Source of the DNA: an uncultured Candidatus Binatia bacterium
Lineage (GTDB): Bacteria > Desulfobacterota > Binatia > UBA9968 > CAXXLF01
NCBI GenBank assembly: GCA_965218425.1
Contig: OZ244621.1
Span: forward strand, 2,528,001 to 2,592,000
DNA: 64,000 bases
Direction of reading: 5' to 3'
The notes beneath the pieces were generated by a model, which saw only the letters and a program-made list of their open reading frames with translations, ran no database searches and had not been told where the DNA came from. Of this stretch, positions 22,230 through 32,721 are shown piece by piece (positions within the stretch are counted from its first letter, which is position 1; each line of letters opens with the position of its first letter). The position numbers were made by a program, and so were the translations under genes.

Positions 22230-23406
22230 GGACTTCACGGAAGAGGACGATGCCCTTCTCGACGAGCTCGGTGTCGAGGTCGAACCCACGAAGGCGGGCA
22301 GCCGCACGCCTCGCGAAGAACGGATCATTGCAGGCTTTGAGGAAATCCAGCGGTTCGTCGAGACGCATGGCCGCGCGCCACAGCATGGCGAGGATCGCGA
22401 TATTTTCGAGCGACTCTACGCCGTCAGGCTGGATCGTATCCGCGAACAGGAAGAAACCCGCGCGTTGCTTGCCCCGATCGACCATCAGGCGCTTCTGAAT
22501 GTTGGAACTGCAACGGCATTGCCGTTCCCGGACGACATGGATGACGATGCACTACTGGCCGAACTTGGCATTGAGGTCAAGGCGCCAGGCATCACCGAGC
22601 TTCGCCATGTTCGATCGACTGCCGAAAAGCGCGCGGCAGAGGAAGTTGCCATTCGCCGGAAATGCGAGGACTTCGAGACGTTCAGACCGCTCTTCGAGCA
22701 GGTTCAGAAAGAACTCGATATGGGCATCCGCGAGACCCGTCCAGTGGAGCTCAAGGCTGAAATCATACCTGGCCGGTTCTTCATCGTCGGCGGCCAGAAA
22801 GCCTATGTAGCCGAAATGGGCAAGCAGTTCACACAACAGTATGGCGACAAGGACGCCCGGCTGCGCATGATTTTCGACAACGGCACCGAAAACAACATGC
22901 TCATGCGCTCGCTTCAGCGTGCGCTCCACAAGGATGCTGCTGGCAGACGGATTGCCGATGACACGGCCGGTCCCCTATTCGCGGAACAGACAGCCGACGG
23001 CGACGAGGCCAGCGGCACAATCTATGTTCTGCGGAGCAAATCCGATCTTCCGTTCGTCGCAGAGAACCGCGATCTTGTTCACAAGATCGGCGTCACGAAT
23101 GCGAGCGTTGAAGAGCGGATAGTAGGCGCGAGGCTTCAACCGACATTCCTTATGGCGGATGTCGAGGTAGTCGCCACTTACAAGCTCTACAACATCAACC
23201 GAAGCAAGCTGGAAAACCTGATTCACCGCTTCTTCGCCCCCGCTCGCCTTGAGATCGAGATCAAGGATCGTTTCAGCAACCCGGTCGTTCCCCGCGAATG
23301 GTTTCTGGTACCCCTCGGCGCGATCGACGATGCCGTCGAGAAGATCAGAGAAGGAACTATTACCCGGTATTCCTATGACACAAACACAGCGTCTCTCATC
23401 GGTTAG
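22222..23406 (+). CDS. yeeC: YeeC-like T5orf172/GIY-YIG-type nuclease
   Basis: GTIYVLRS, HKIGVT..VEERI, KLENLIHRFF, PREWF. Confidence 0.85.
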   Translation: MSKDFTEEDDALLDELGVEVEPTKAGSRTPREERIIAGFEEIQRFVETHGRAPQHGEDRDIFERLYAVRLDRIREQEETRALLAPIDHQALLNVGTATALPFPDDMDDDALLAELGIEVKAPGITELRHVRSTAEKRAAEEVAIRRKCEDFETFRPLFEQVQKELDMGIRETRPVELKAEIIPGRFFIVGGQKAYVAEMGKQFTQQYGDKDARLRMIFDNGTENNMLMRSLQRALHKDAAGRRIADDTAGPLFAEQTADGDEASGTIYVLRSKSDLPFVAENRDLVHKIGVTNASVEERIVGARLQPTFLMADVEVVATYKLYNINRSKLENLIHRFFAPARLEIEIKDRFSNPVVPREWFLVPLGAIDDAVEKIREGTITRYSYDTNTASLIG

Positions 23407-23459
23407 ACCGCTTTCCCACAGGGATTTCCTGTGGCAGGAGTCCGCTGCGGAGGGGATGC

Positions 23460-23933
23460 ATGAGCGTGCACATGCCCACCGACTGGGACTCCGGTCGAGG
23501 TACGCGATGCTTCAAGGTGTACGGGAAAGGTGGGGACAAGGCCAGCCCGGAGAAGCGCTACAGTCCGTCGGAGTGCACGGGAACCATGACGCAGATCATC
23601 GAGGGCGACCCGGACGGGCAGCACATCAGCACGTCTTACGTGGAGAGCCACAACCTCACCATGCGGATGCCCATGCGGCGCTTCATCAGGCTGACCAACG
23701 CTTTCAGCAAGCGGCTGGAGTACGTGTCCTCCTCGGTTGCGCTGAACTTCATGCATTACAATTTCTACCGAATTCACAAGACCCTGAGAGTTACCCCGGT
23801 GATCGATGCTGGCGTTACGGATCGGCTGTGGGAAATCGGTGACATTGTGGACATGGTGGAAGCTGCTGCGCCGAAGCACAACCGCCCTGCAACCTACAAG
23901 AAGCGTGGGCAGATTTCTAACAGAGCCACTACC
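23460..23933 (+). pseudogene. IS1-family-like transposase 3' remnant with element end
   Basis: HISTSYVESHNLTMRM..RRF.RLTNAFSK, HYNF.RIHKTLRVTP; end ATTTCTAACAGAGCCACTACC resembles 48201-48221. Confidence 0.7.
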
Positions 23934-24071
23934 GCGCCTTCAAAGGCATTGACTCCTTTGTCTTGATTCCATATCATTCATTCGTCCGTCGATCGTTGAA
24001 GACAGCAAAGTTGACAGGTCTGAAGAGGGTTCGGTAGAGTATGAAAATAAGGGATAAACGCTTGGTGACCA

Positions 24072-24758
24072 ATGGAACAAATCGTCCTTAAACCACTACG
24101 TACAGATGTGTTATACGAAGGAAAATTTACTGAAATCGCATTCGGGCTGCTTTCGAATACACACACTTTGTATGCAGCTCTCTTAAAACATCTAGGTAAA
24201 TATGGTGCTACGCTACAGGACTTGAGAATCGATGCGTCAGTGCTGGCGAATGCTAATATTTCGTGTAGTCTCTTGAATCATCATACAAATGTGACAATCA
24301 GATTACAGTCATGTTCGGTTTACATTTCGCCGTTCTATCAAGTCGGTAAAGAGGTCGCAAGTATGATATTGAACGACTTCACAGCGGCGATCCACGATGC
24401 TGGGCCACCGATTAAAGTCGGTGAACATGTGGCGTCGGTAAGCATCCAGACCCAAATTTTGGATTCTACTTATTCCGATTTGATGCAACGATACGTGACG
24501 GTACCTTCTGGCCTAGGGGAAAAAACTCAAACGGGCGTGGCTTTTTATTATCCAGGAAACGAACCACAGGGTGAAGTTGGAGGCAATATTATAGTAGATA
24601 GAATTCCTGGCCAAGAAAACGGGTTAATCCTAAAAATTAATCAAGCCTTCGATGCCACGAAGGTTCCTATCGAAAATTTTACCAAACATGTTGCGGAGGG
24701 CACTACTCGGTCTTTAAACATCCTAGGCCTAAAATTAGAGTTGGAGCACGGACAATGA
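24072..24758 (+). CDS. Hypothetical protein, gene 1 of AT-rich three-gene operon
   Basis: 228-aa ORF after TTGACA-N18-TAGAGT (24011-24040); stop overlaps next start (ATGA). Confidence 0.8.
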   Translation: MEQIVLKPLRTDVLYEGKFTEIAFGLLSNTHTLYAALLKHLGKYGATLQDLRIDASVLANANISCSLLNHHTNVTIRLQSCSVYISPFYQVGKEVASMILNDFTAAIHDAGPPIKVGEHVASVSIQTQILDSTYSDLMQRYVTVPSGLGEKTQTGVAFYYPGNEPQGEVGGNIIVDRIPGQENGLILKINQAFDATKVPIENFTKHVAEGTTRSLNILGLKLELEHGQ

Positions 24759-25411
24759 GTGAACTGGCTAAAATCATGGAGGTTAGAAATAGAGATTCCT
24801 GGCATCCGAGGGAAACGGTCGCTCTGGGTTCGGATGAGCCATCTGCCAAAATACTTCACCCAGGCTGGATAGGGACTAGGGGACCGGTAATAAGCACCCT
24901 TGTAGATACCCTTGCGGATCTAGTTGAAAGTTGGGGCTTAAGGGATGCTCGGACAGCATTTGACTTGCCATCCACAAGAAGAGAAATTACAGCTGTGCTA
25001 GGCACAGGGCTGCCTCTCCGTTTGCCGGATACACTAAGTATTGCCTTACCAATCTCTGAAACAGAACGAATTAAGGACTGGTCTCGCTTGGGAAGGGGGT
25101 ATTTTGCGAATCCACCACATGAAACTGTTACGCCACTAGCAGAGGAATATGCCAAGGCTAAAGGACTTTATGGCTCGCTTTTTGTAGTAAAAGCAATCGT
25201 AAACGAGATTATGCCTTCCGCGGAAGCGCTTCTTGTGGATCTTAGGGAAGACTTTGATGACCTCGGTTATGCCACGGTTTGCTTTACTGTCACAACTCGG
25301 GAGTCGGTTGACCGTGCTCTAGAGTTAGATGATGCGCTTCAAGATGCTTTGATTGATCGCATCCCACCTCACCATCGTTTGCACCTCTCCTTTAACTATA
25401 AGTTTGAATAA
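24755..25411 (+). CDS. Hypothetical protein, gene 2 (possible antitoxin-like partner)
   Basis: 218-aa ORF coupled to gene 1, 8 nt before the HEPN gene; acidic C-terminal domain. Confidence 0.75.
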   Translation: MSELAKIMEVRNRDSWHPRETVALGSDEPSAKILHPGWIGTRGPVISTLVDTLADLVESWGLRDARTAFDLPSTRREITAVLGTGLPLRLPDTLSIALPISETERIKDWSRLGRGYFANPPHETVTPLAEEYAKAKGLYGSLFVVKAIVNEIMPSAEALLVDLREDFDDLGYATVCFTVTTRESVDRALELDDALQDALIDRIPPHHRLHLSFNYKFE

Positions 25412-25419
25412 ATACTAAA

Positions 25420-25845
25420 ATGTTTGATCCAACCGACTTTCTGAAGATTGCCAATCGGTATCATGCCTCGCCTTTGGAATCAGAACGGCGAACAGCAATC
25501 GGGCGATCATACTATGCCGTTTATAATCTTCTTATTGGGAAACTTTCAAAAGAAGGGGTTCTCTTCAAAGAGAACGCTAGCGATCATGGGACGCTCGTAT
25601 ACTATCTTGTAAACTCTAAAGTTCTTGAAGCTCAAAAGGCTGGAGGAGCTTTGAAGGACTTAAGAAACTACCGAAACGATGCCGATTACAGGATGGAAAA
25701 GGATATTAACGTACAGCAAAGTAAATTCACATTTCAGAAAGCACAAAGAACAATAACTCAATTTAAGGTCCTAAGCTCTACAAAATTCAAACAACTCGCT
25801 GCGGCAATTCACCGCCTCCCACCTCCCTCATGGATGAACAAATAA
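25420..25845 (+). CDS. HEPN-domain protein
   Basis: RTAIGRSYYAVY, conserved H, LRNYRNDADY match the SRaYYa / R..ADY HEPN signature. Confidence 0.8.
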   Translation: MFDPTDFLKIANRYHASPLESERRTAIGRSYYAVYNLLIGKLSKEGVLFKENASDHGTLVYYLVNSKVLEAQKAGGALKDLRNYRNDADYRMEKDINVQQSKFTFQKAQRTITQFKVLSSTKFKQLAAAIHRLPPPSWMNK

Positions 25846-26015
25846 GGGGTCACTCATTGGAAGGCAGCTGTCAGGAGGCAAGAGTAATCCGCTAAGAGAT
25901 AATCTCCGTTGTTTTCCCCGCAAATGTCGTGATCCCAGTAACACGCCCCTGTGTTCGTTGATTCGGTGTCGGACATGATCCGCACCAGTCACCCACCAGG
26001 ATCAGGGCCTGGGAG

Positions 26016-28479
26016 TTATCGCTCTTTGAATAGGGAGCACCTTGAATCGCCCCGGCTTTCACGGACAGTTAGTTTCCAATTTGCATAGACGACTCCGGAT
26101 TGTATTTGTGATTTAGGTAGATCAAAGCCTCTTTGTAACGGCGCGACTTTACGAATGGGTGCTAGTGCCCAATCCTCGGGAATCACACCTACCTCGGCCT
26201 GCCTGTATCCGGGCGGTACGTCGTGCGCTTCGGCTGTCGACAAATAAGGGGCATGAGCATCGTTGATCTGTGTGGCGTTCTTGCTCATTCCCACACCATC
26301 CCCATCTTCTTCAGATGCCTCGCGACCTTCTTGTCGAACTTATTCACTCCCTGTTCCAACTCCAGCAACGGCTCAGCGTAGCGCTCTTCCAGGACCTTCA
26401 CGCGCCCGGCGAGTTGCTGCGTTCGTCGTTCCAACTAGCTCTTGATGGCGGAATCCAAAGCGGCGAGCCACTTGTCCTCCACCACCAGCCGCTTGATTTC
26501 CGCATCGGTGAGCTTGGGATACTTGGCGTCTAACTTTGCGTCCATGTCTTCCCGCGCCTTCTTCACTCGGCTCTTCATGTCGGCCTGCTTTTCAGGAAGG
26601 GCAGTGTAATCTTCCAGTGCCTGGCGCTCATCGGCAAACTCCGGGTCTTTTCCGATTTCCTTGAGGCGAGCTTTCAATGCCTTGGTGGTGATCTTCTGCT
26701 TATCGCCTTCACCCTCGATGAATTCGGCTAGCAGCCCTTCCTCTCCGCCCTGTTCCTCTCTCTGTTCGCGGAGATGTTGTTCGATTACAGCCAGTTTCCT
26801 TCCATGGCCTTGATGGTCTCCCGTTCAACCACGAAATAGCGGGCAATGAGAATCTCTGCGAGGAAAAGGTCGGATTTGAAACGGAGCTTGCCTTTGTTGT
26901 AGTCGTGTGCCTCGGGCCAGACTAATTTGCCGTCCTTGTTTTTCACCCGAAGAATCTCGCGAGACTGTGCCCCCGCTTTCCAGCTATCTCCAGCGATGAT
27001 GTAGCAGTCGTCCCGCATGGACTCCGCCCAGTACACCATAAGGTGTTGATACACATCGTAGGCATCGAGCAGCGGATCTCTCCGAAAGGTGGCGAGCAAA
27101 TCCTCGGCGATGGTTTCGATGAGCGCCTTGGGATGGCCGTTCTTGTCGAAATACTTGAGCAGCGGGGTGCTTGCTTTTTTCCATTTGTTGAAGAGTTTGG
27201 TCACGGAGTCGTTGAACGCGTTGAACTCGGCATGACTCGAGATGGTGGGCTTTACTTCGGCGATGGGGATCTGCAACTCGCAGTAACCGGAGCGGTTTCC
27301 CTATTTGAATATTGCCGCACGCACCCGGGGGTGACCTGCGAGTAGTGTTCAAGGGCGTCAATATCACGGTTGGGGATGCCGCCGTTCAGGTGTGCGTTGA
27401 GATCGTGCAGATCCTCGAGCTTGCTGGAGTCGATGTAGCGCGAGATTGAGGTTGTGGTTGTTCTTCGAGTCGCTGATTTCCGCGACCGGCACCATGCGCG
27501 AGTAGTGCGGAAATTCTGCCTGGCGGGTGAAGGTGTCCACAATCTTGTGGATATCCTGCTCGCACAGGCGGTTTTTCTTGTCGTCCTTGATGCAATCCTT
27601 GGAGGCATCGATCATGAAGATACCCCTGCTGGCGTTTGCGCCTTTCTTGTCGAGGATGATGATGCAAGCAGGGATACCCGTGCCGTAAAAGAGGTTCGCC
27701 GGCAGGCGATAATACCCCTGATGACGCCGCGCTGGACGAGGTTCTTACGGATGGCTGCCTCAACATTGCCTCGGAACAAGATGCCGTGCGGGAGGATACA
27801 CGCGCCTTTACCTCTGGACTTGATTGAACGGAGGATATGCAGCAGGTAGGCGTAGTCGCCTTGTTTGCCGGGCGGAACACCTTAGTGCTTGAAGCGCTGC
27901 CAGGGATCGTGCTCGGCGTCGAGGCCGGTACTCCAACGTTCGTCGCTGAAGGGCGGATTGGCGAGTGTGTTGCCCTGCTTGATGTCTACCGTGGCGTAGT
28001 CGTGCAGGATCATGTTCATCCGGGCGAGGCCGACGGTGGAGGAGTCCTTTTACTGTCCGTAGAGGGTAACTTTTACGTCATTGCCGTGGCGGGCTTCTTC
28101 GCCGATATTCAGGAGCTACGAGCCGGAGCTGCACGTAGGATCATAAACGGCGGTGTCGTTGGAGGAATTCACGTGGCGGATGCCGAGAATCTGTGCGATG
28201 ACGCGGCTGACCTCGTAGAGGTTGTTCGCCTTTTGGAGTGGACCGAGGACCTTCTTGTTTATCCGGTCCCCGATGTCGGTCTTTCCCTTGAGCGCGACCA
28301 TGTCGGCAAAGCCCGCACCTGCCGGGATAGTGATCGGCGTGTAAGGCAGGCCGGCATAGCGGTCGCTGTCGTATTTCACGAACAGCAGGACCAGGACGTA
28401 GTCCTTGTACTGACTGGCGTCCATGCCGCTGCGCAACTCGACCAGAGGGAGGAATAGAGTTCGGATTTTTTAATGGCAT
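26016..28479 (-). pseudogene. hsdM: Fragmented type I RM hsdM plus hsdS N-terminus
   Basis: Fragments GMDASQYKDYVL, YDPTCSSGS, IDASK, QDIHKIVDTF, LLDAYDVYQHLM, LVVEDKWLA; then PPGYRQAEVGVIPEDW; many frameshifts and deletions. Confidence 0.88.
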
Positions 28480-28598
28480 TAGATTTTCGCTAGCGTAATT
28501 TGCCCTAACTACACAGGCATAAGGATAATTTATAACTATTTCCTGTAACATCCCGTATAATGCAAAGTGCTCTATTATGGCAATCAAGGAGGAAAAGC

Positions 28599-29786
28599 AT
28601 GGCCCGGCACTACTCGACCAAAGACTTCTTCCGGCAGATTCCGAATGCCCTGCTCGCCCGCTACTTCGACCAGCTGGACCTATTCCGCGATTTGGATTTC
28701 TCGGTGATCAACGAGACACAGCCGGACAAGCTATTTGCGGCGTGGTTGACCCTGCCAGATAGTCAGCGTAACGAGAGGGACGCAGAGTTTCGCGACATCT
28801 TCGAGTTGAGCTGCGAGAAAGGCTTCCGGGCAATCATAGACGAGGCGGAATGGCACCTTGGGAAAGATACGGACGCGCGCAATGAGTTCGTCGGGAAACT
28901 CGCTGCACTATCCAACCATTTCGAGCGGGCGATGGTCACCTTCCTCGACCATAATCAATACTGGAAGGGTTCGACGCTTTTCTATCATGCGGATACGTTG
29001 CCCTACTGGCGCAAGCGCAAGAATCTACCGCACATTCGAGCGGCGGTAGACGGTGCAAGCCTTCAAGAACTCGCTGGCCAAATCAGCAATTACTTCCACC
29101 ATACCGAGGGGCGGGGTAGGAACTGCGTCGTGGAGCCCTTTCGCCGTGGCGAACTGGATTACTTCTTTGCCTATCCGGAGGACTATTCCCAACAAAGCAT
29201 TGAATGGGTGGACGGTCAGTTCGGCCGTCGCCCGCACAATCCCGCTTTTGAAGTGATCTACGTTTACTCGCAGAATGAGGGTTCGCTCGACCTGAACTTT
29301 CGCGGTACGTACAAGGCGATCGAACCGCTGCAAGGAATGTTCGCGATGGCGATACTCAATCTCCCAGGCCTGCCGGATGGTCCGAAAGACGGACGCGTGT
29401 ACGATCTTAATCCGCTCCGTCACAAATCCTTCGATTTCAACTGGGACCCTGGCAGCGGTATTCAGGATGTGGCGGTAAAGAAGCTTAGGCTGTCCTCAAA
29501 GGTGACAAAAGGCGAGCGAATCACGGTGGAAGCTGATGCCGTCAAAGACCCTGGTTCGATCCAAGAATTACTAGAAGAGGTTGGCAAGGCTGTACCGCTG
29601 GACCTCTACTACGTAACGCAAGCTGAGATTGCGGCGCAGATCACGGTAGATGAAAAAAAACCGCTGAAATTGGTGACGATCCGTATCACGTATCCTAATT
29701 CCTGCTCACTCAAATATGACGAAATTGATTTGAAGCTGCGTGACATGCTGCACGCTTCCGGGATTGAACCACGGGAGCCGGAGTAA
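28599..29786 (+). CDS. Hypothetical protein (island-associated)
   Basis: 395-aa ORF with AGGAGG RBS, divergent from hsdM. Confidence 0.8.
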   Translation: MARHYSTKDFFRQIPNALLARYFDQLDLFRDLDFSVINETQPDKLFAAWLTLPDSQRNERDAEFRDIFELSCEKGFRAIIDEAEWHLGKDTDARNEFVGKLAALSNHFERAMVTFLDHNQYWKGSTLFYHADTLPYWRKRKNLPHIRAAVDGASLQELAGQISNYFHHTEGRGRNCVVEPFRRGELDYFFAYPEDYSQQSIEWVDGQFGRRPHNPAFEVIYVYSQNEGSLDLNFRGTYKAIEPLQGMFAMAILNLPGLPDGPKDGRVYDLNPLRHKSFDFNWDPGSGIQDVAVKKLRLSSKVTKGERITVEADAVKDPGSIQELLEEVGKAVPLDLYYVTQAEIAAQITVDEKKPLKLVTIRITYPNSCSLKYDEIDLKLRDMLHASGIEPREPE

Positions 29787-29806
29787 AGGACAGGAGCGGC
29801 CGAAGA

Positions 29807-30042
29807 ATGACGCCAGAAGCCGTGCTAATAGAATTACTTGCCCGATTGGGTGCCCGGAAGGGCGGGGCGGTTTTTGTGAGTGCAGAGGAAGTGAGGCAGT
29901 GGCCACCGGTAGCCGTCGCGGCAATGAAGTCGCAGAAGTTGCTAGTGAATGCGCGCCCGGTTTCCAGCCTGGTATGTCCCGGCTGTGAGCGTGAATGCGT
30001 CATGCCGGTGCATACGCTGCCCGCCGGGCGACGCAGCCCCGC
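29807..30042 (+). pseudogene. Hypothetical CxxC protein truncated by IS3 copy 2
   Basis: AGGAG RBS; CPGCEREC; frame runs into the IS end at 30043. Confidence 0.7.
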
Positions 30043-31310
30043 TGACCTGCCCCCAGGAGTGGTACCACCCTTTAAGTTAGAGCCGGAATTATCTGGAGTC
30101 CAGCCCATGGGGATGAATTCCCAGCCTGCGCTCTGGGCAGAAAGGCCTCCGGTGCCGGAGAACGATAGCCCAGGGCGCTGTGAGGCCGCCGCTGGTTATA
30201 CTCTCTTCTCCATCTTTCGATCAGCACCTGAGCTTCCCTCAGGGTTTCAAACACCTCCCGGTTGAGCAGCTCATCCCTGAGTTTTCCGTTAAAACTCTCC
30301 ACGTAGCCATTCTCCCAAGGACTGCCAGGCTCGATGTAGAGTGTCCTGACACCAATGGCCTTGAGCCAGTCCCGGATAGCCTGAGCCGTAAACTCGGGGC
30401 CATTGTCGGACCGAAGGGACTGCGGCACGCCCCGTTCCACGAATAGCTCCGCTAACCGTTCCAGCACATCCCGGTGATTCATCCGTCTGGCCACATCAAT
30501 CGCCAAGCACTCCCGGGTGTATTCATCCAGGATGCTCAACAGCCGAAAGGCCCGACCGTCTTCGGTTCGCTCGTGCACGAAGTCATAACTCCACACATGG
30601 TTTCGATGCGCCGGTCTCAGGCGAATGCAGGAGCCATCAGTCAACCGGAGCCTCCCTCGCTTAGGCTGACGGCTGAGGACTTTCAGCCCTTCCTGCCTCC
30701 AGAGCCTCTCCACTCGCTTGTGGTTGACCTTCCACCCCTCCCCACGCAGCATGGCCGTAATCCTCCGGTAGCCGTATCGCCCGTATTCGCTGGCCAGCTC
30801 CATCATCCGAGCCACTAGTCTTGCTTCCTCTTCCGGGATCTCTCGGACTCTTCGTTGCGTCGATCGCGGCTGTCCCAACACTTGGCAAGCCCGGCGTTCG
30901 GAGACTCGATCAGGTCCCAATCTTTCTCTGGCCCATATCACCGCTCGTCTCCTCTTCGCCGGGCCTAGAAGTTTCCCGAGGACACTTCCTTCAGGATCTG
31001 GTTGTCCAGCGATAGATCCGCCACCAGCTTCTTCAACCGCGCATTCTCCTTGTCCAAGGCCTTGAGCCTCTTGGCCTGATCCATCTTCAGGCCTCCATAT
31101 TCCTTCCTCCACCGGTAGTAGGTCTGCACGGTTACCCCCACCTGCTTGCACACCTGGCCCACCGCCTTCCCTTGGGCCAAGCTCACCTCCGCCTCACGCA
31201 GCTTGAGGATAATCTGCTCGGCCGTAAATCGCTTTCTTGCCATCCTTGCCTCCTTCCTAAAATCAAAATCCCTAACATTTCACCTGGACTCGTTTTAGGG
31301 GGCAAGGTCA
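30043..31310 (-). mobile_element. IS3-family element copy 2 (1268 bp), no target duplication
   Basis: Near-identical to copy 1; flanks CCGC and ATAC differ. Confidence 0.96.
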
Positions 31311-31315
31311 ATACC

Positions 31316-31825
31316 ATGCGAAAACGCCGCCCGAACTATCGACTCGTCAAGATCCATCGCATTTATACAGTGGAGGAAATCGCCAAGCTTTTTGGCATTC
31401 ACCGAAATACGGTACGTGAGTGGATTAAACGGGGTCTCCCGAGAATTGACCGCAATCGGCCTATACTGATCTTTGGCCGCCATCTTGCCGTTTTCCTTCA
31501 AGCTCGACGAATCAAAAATAAACGGAAATGTAATCCGGGCGAAATTTACTGCGTGGGGTGCCGTGTTCCCCGGAATCCGGCTGGCGACATGGCTGACTAC
31601 CAGCCAATAACGGCGACCCTGGGAAACCTTATCGGCATCTGCCCTTGCTGTGACTCCATGATGTACCGCCGTGTCAATCGGGGTAAACTGGAGCAGGTTC
31701 GCGGGAAATTGAACATCACGCTTCCGCAAGCACGGTCACACATGGGCCAAGTCCAACAGCGTGAACGCCTCGAACGACCACGCTATCGACGTTCCGACCA
31801 GCGAACTCGGTGGGGTGCGCCATGA
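31316..31825 (+). CDS. Excisionase-like HTH protein with Cys motifs
   Basis: YTVEEIAKLFGIHRNTVREWIKRGL HTH; CVGC and CPCC pairs; C-terminus may be altered. Confidence 0.75.
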   Translation: MRKRRPNYRLVKIHRIYTVEEIAKLFGIHRNTVREWIKRGLPRIDRNRPILIFGRHLAVFLQARRIKNKRKCNPGEIYCVGCRVPRNPAGDMADYQPITATLGNLIGICPCCDSMMYRRVNRGKLEQVRGKLNITLPQARSHMGQVQQRERLERPRYRRSDQRTRWGAP

Positions 31826-32721
31826 CCGCTGAATTTATCGCCGAGGCCATCGTCGGGCGGAAAGCCGGAAGCGGCTGGATCGCACTCTGTCCCGCCCATG
31901 ACGACCGTAACCCCAGCTTGTCCCTATCGACCGGGAAGGACGGCAAGGTTCTCTTGCGGTGTCATGCCGGATGCGATCAGGCCCAGGTGATCGACGCACT
32001 GCGCGCCCGTGGCCTGTGGGAACATCGTGGAAGGCAATCGGGCAGGTCTCGGGCCGCCAAGGCCGACTACCCGAAGAACGCGCCATCGGAATGCGACGAT
32101 GCGGACAGGACCGAATACGCGCTCCGCATCTGGCAGGCAGCGGTCCCGGCACCGAACACCCTGGCTGAGAGCTACCTGCAATCGCGTGGGCTGCGCCTAC
32201 CGCTCTCCTCGATCTTGCGTTTCCACGGCGGATTGAAGCACCCCTCGGGCGGCATATGGCCCGCCATGGTGGGGCTTGTCTCCCGAGGCCCGGACGATGC
32301 CCCGCTGGCCGTACACCGCACGTTTCTGGCTCGGGACGGGTCTGGCAAGGCTCCGGTCGATCCCCAAAAAATGATGCTCGGCCCGTGCCGGAGTGGTGCG
32401 GTCCGTCTCAGCCAGCCTGGTGACATGCTGATGGTTGGGGAAGGCATCGAGACGTGTCTCGCCGCGATGCAGGCGACGGGCCATCCGGCCTGGGCCGCGC
32501 TTTTCACCTCGGGGCTGCGGGCAGTCGATCTGCCAGGGAGCGTGCGCGACGTGATCGTTCTCGCCGACGGAGACGATCCCGGCGAGGCCGCAGCCCGCGA
32601 CTGCGCCCTGCGCTGGCAACGGCAGGGCCGGCGCGTACGCATCGCCCGACCACCACGCGGACAGGATTTCAATGACGTCTTGATAAGCACCGCATCCTGC
32701 GACCGGGAGGGCTCGAAATGA
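31822..32721 (+). CDS. Primase-like protein (Zn finger + Toprim)
   Basis: CPAHDD..PSLS..CHAGC, HRTFL, VGEGIET, LADGD, DFND. Confidence 0.88.
   Translation: MTAEFIAEAIVGRKAGSGWIALCPAHDDRNPSLSLSTGKDGKVLLRCHAGCDQAQVIDALRARGLWEHRGRQSGRSRAAKADYPKNAPSECDDADRTEYALRIWQAAVPAPNTLAESYLQSRGLRLPLSSILRFHGGLKHPSGGIWPAMVGLVSRGPDDAPLAVHRTFLARDGSGKAPVDPQKMMLGPCRSGAVRLSQPGDMLMVGEGIETCLAAMQATGHPAWAALFTSGLRAVDLPGSVRDVIVLADGDDPGEAAARDCALRWQRQGRRVRIARPPRGQDFNDVLISTASCDREGSK

Noticed and set aside
17392..31310. Composite transposon formed by IS3 copies 1 and 2
   Set aside because: Copy 1 has its own GTGG duplication inside yeeA; outer flanks (GTGG, ATAC) do not match
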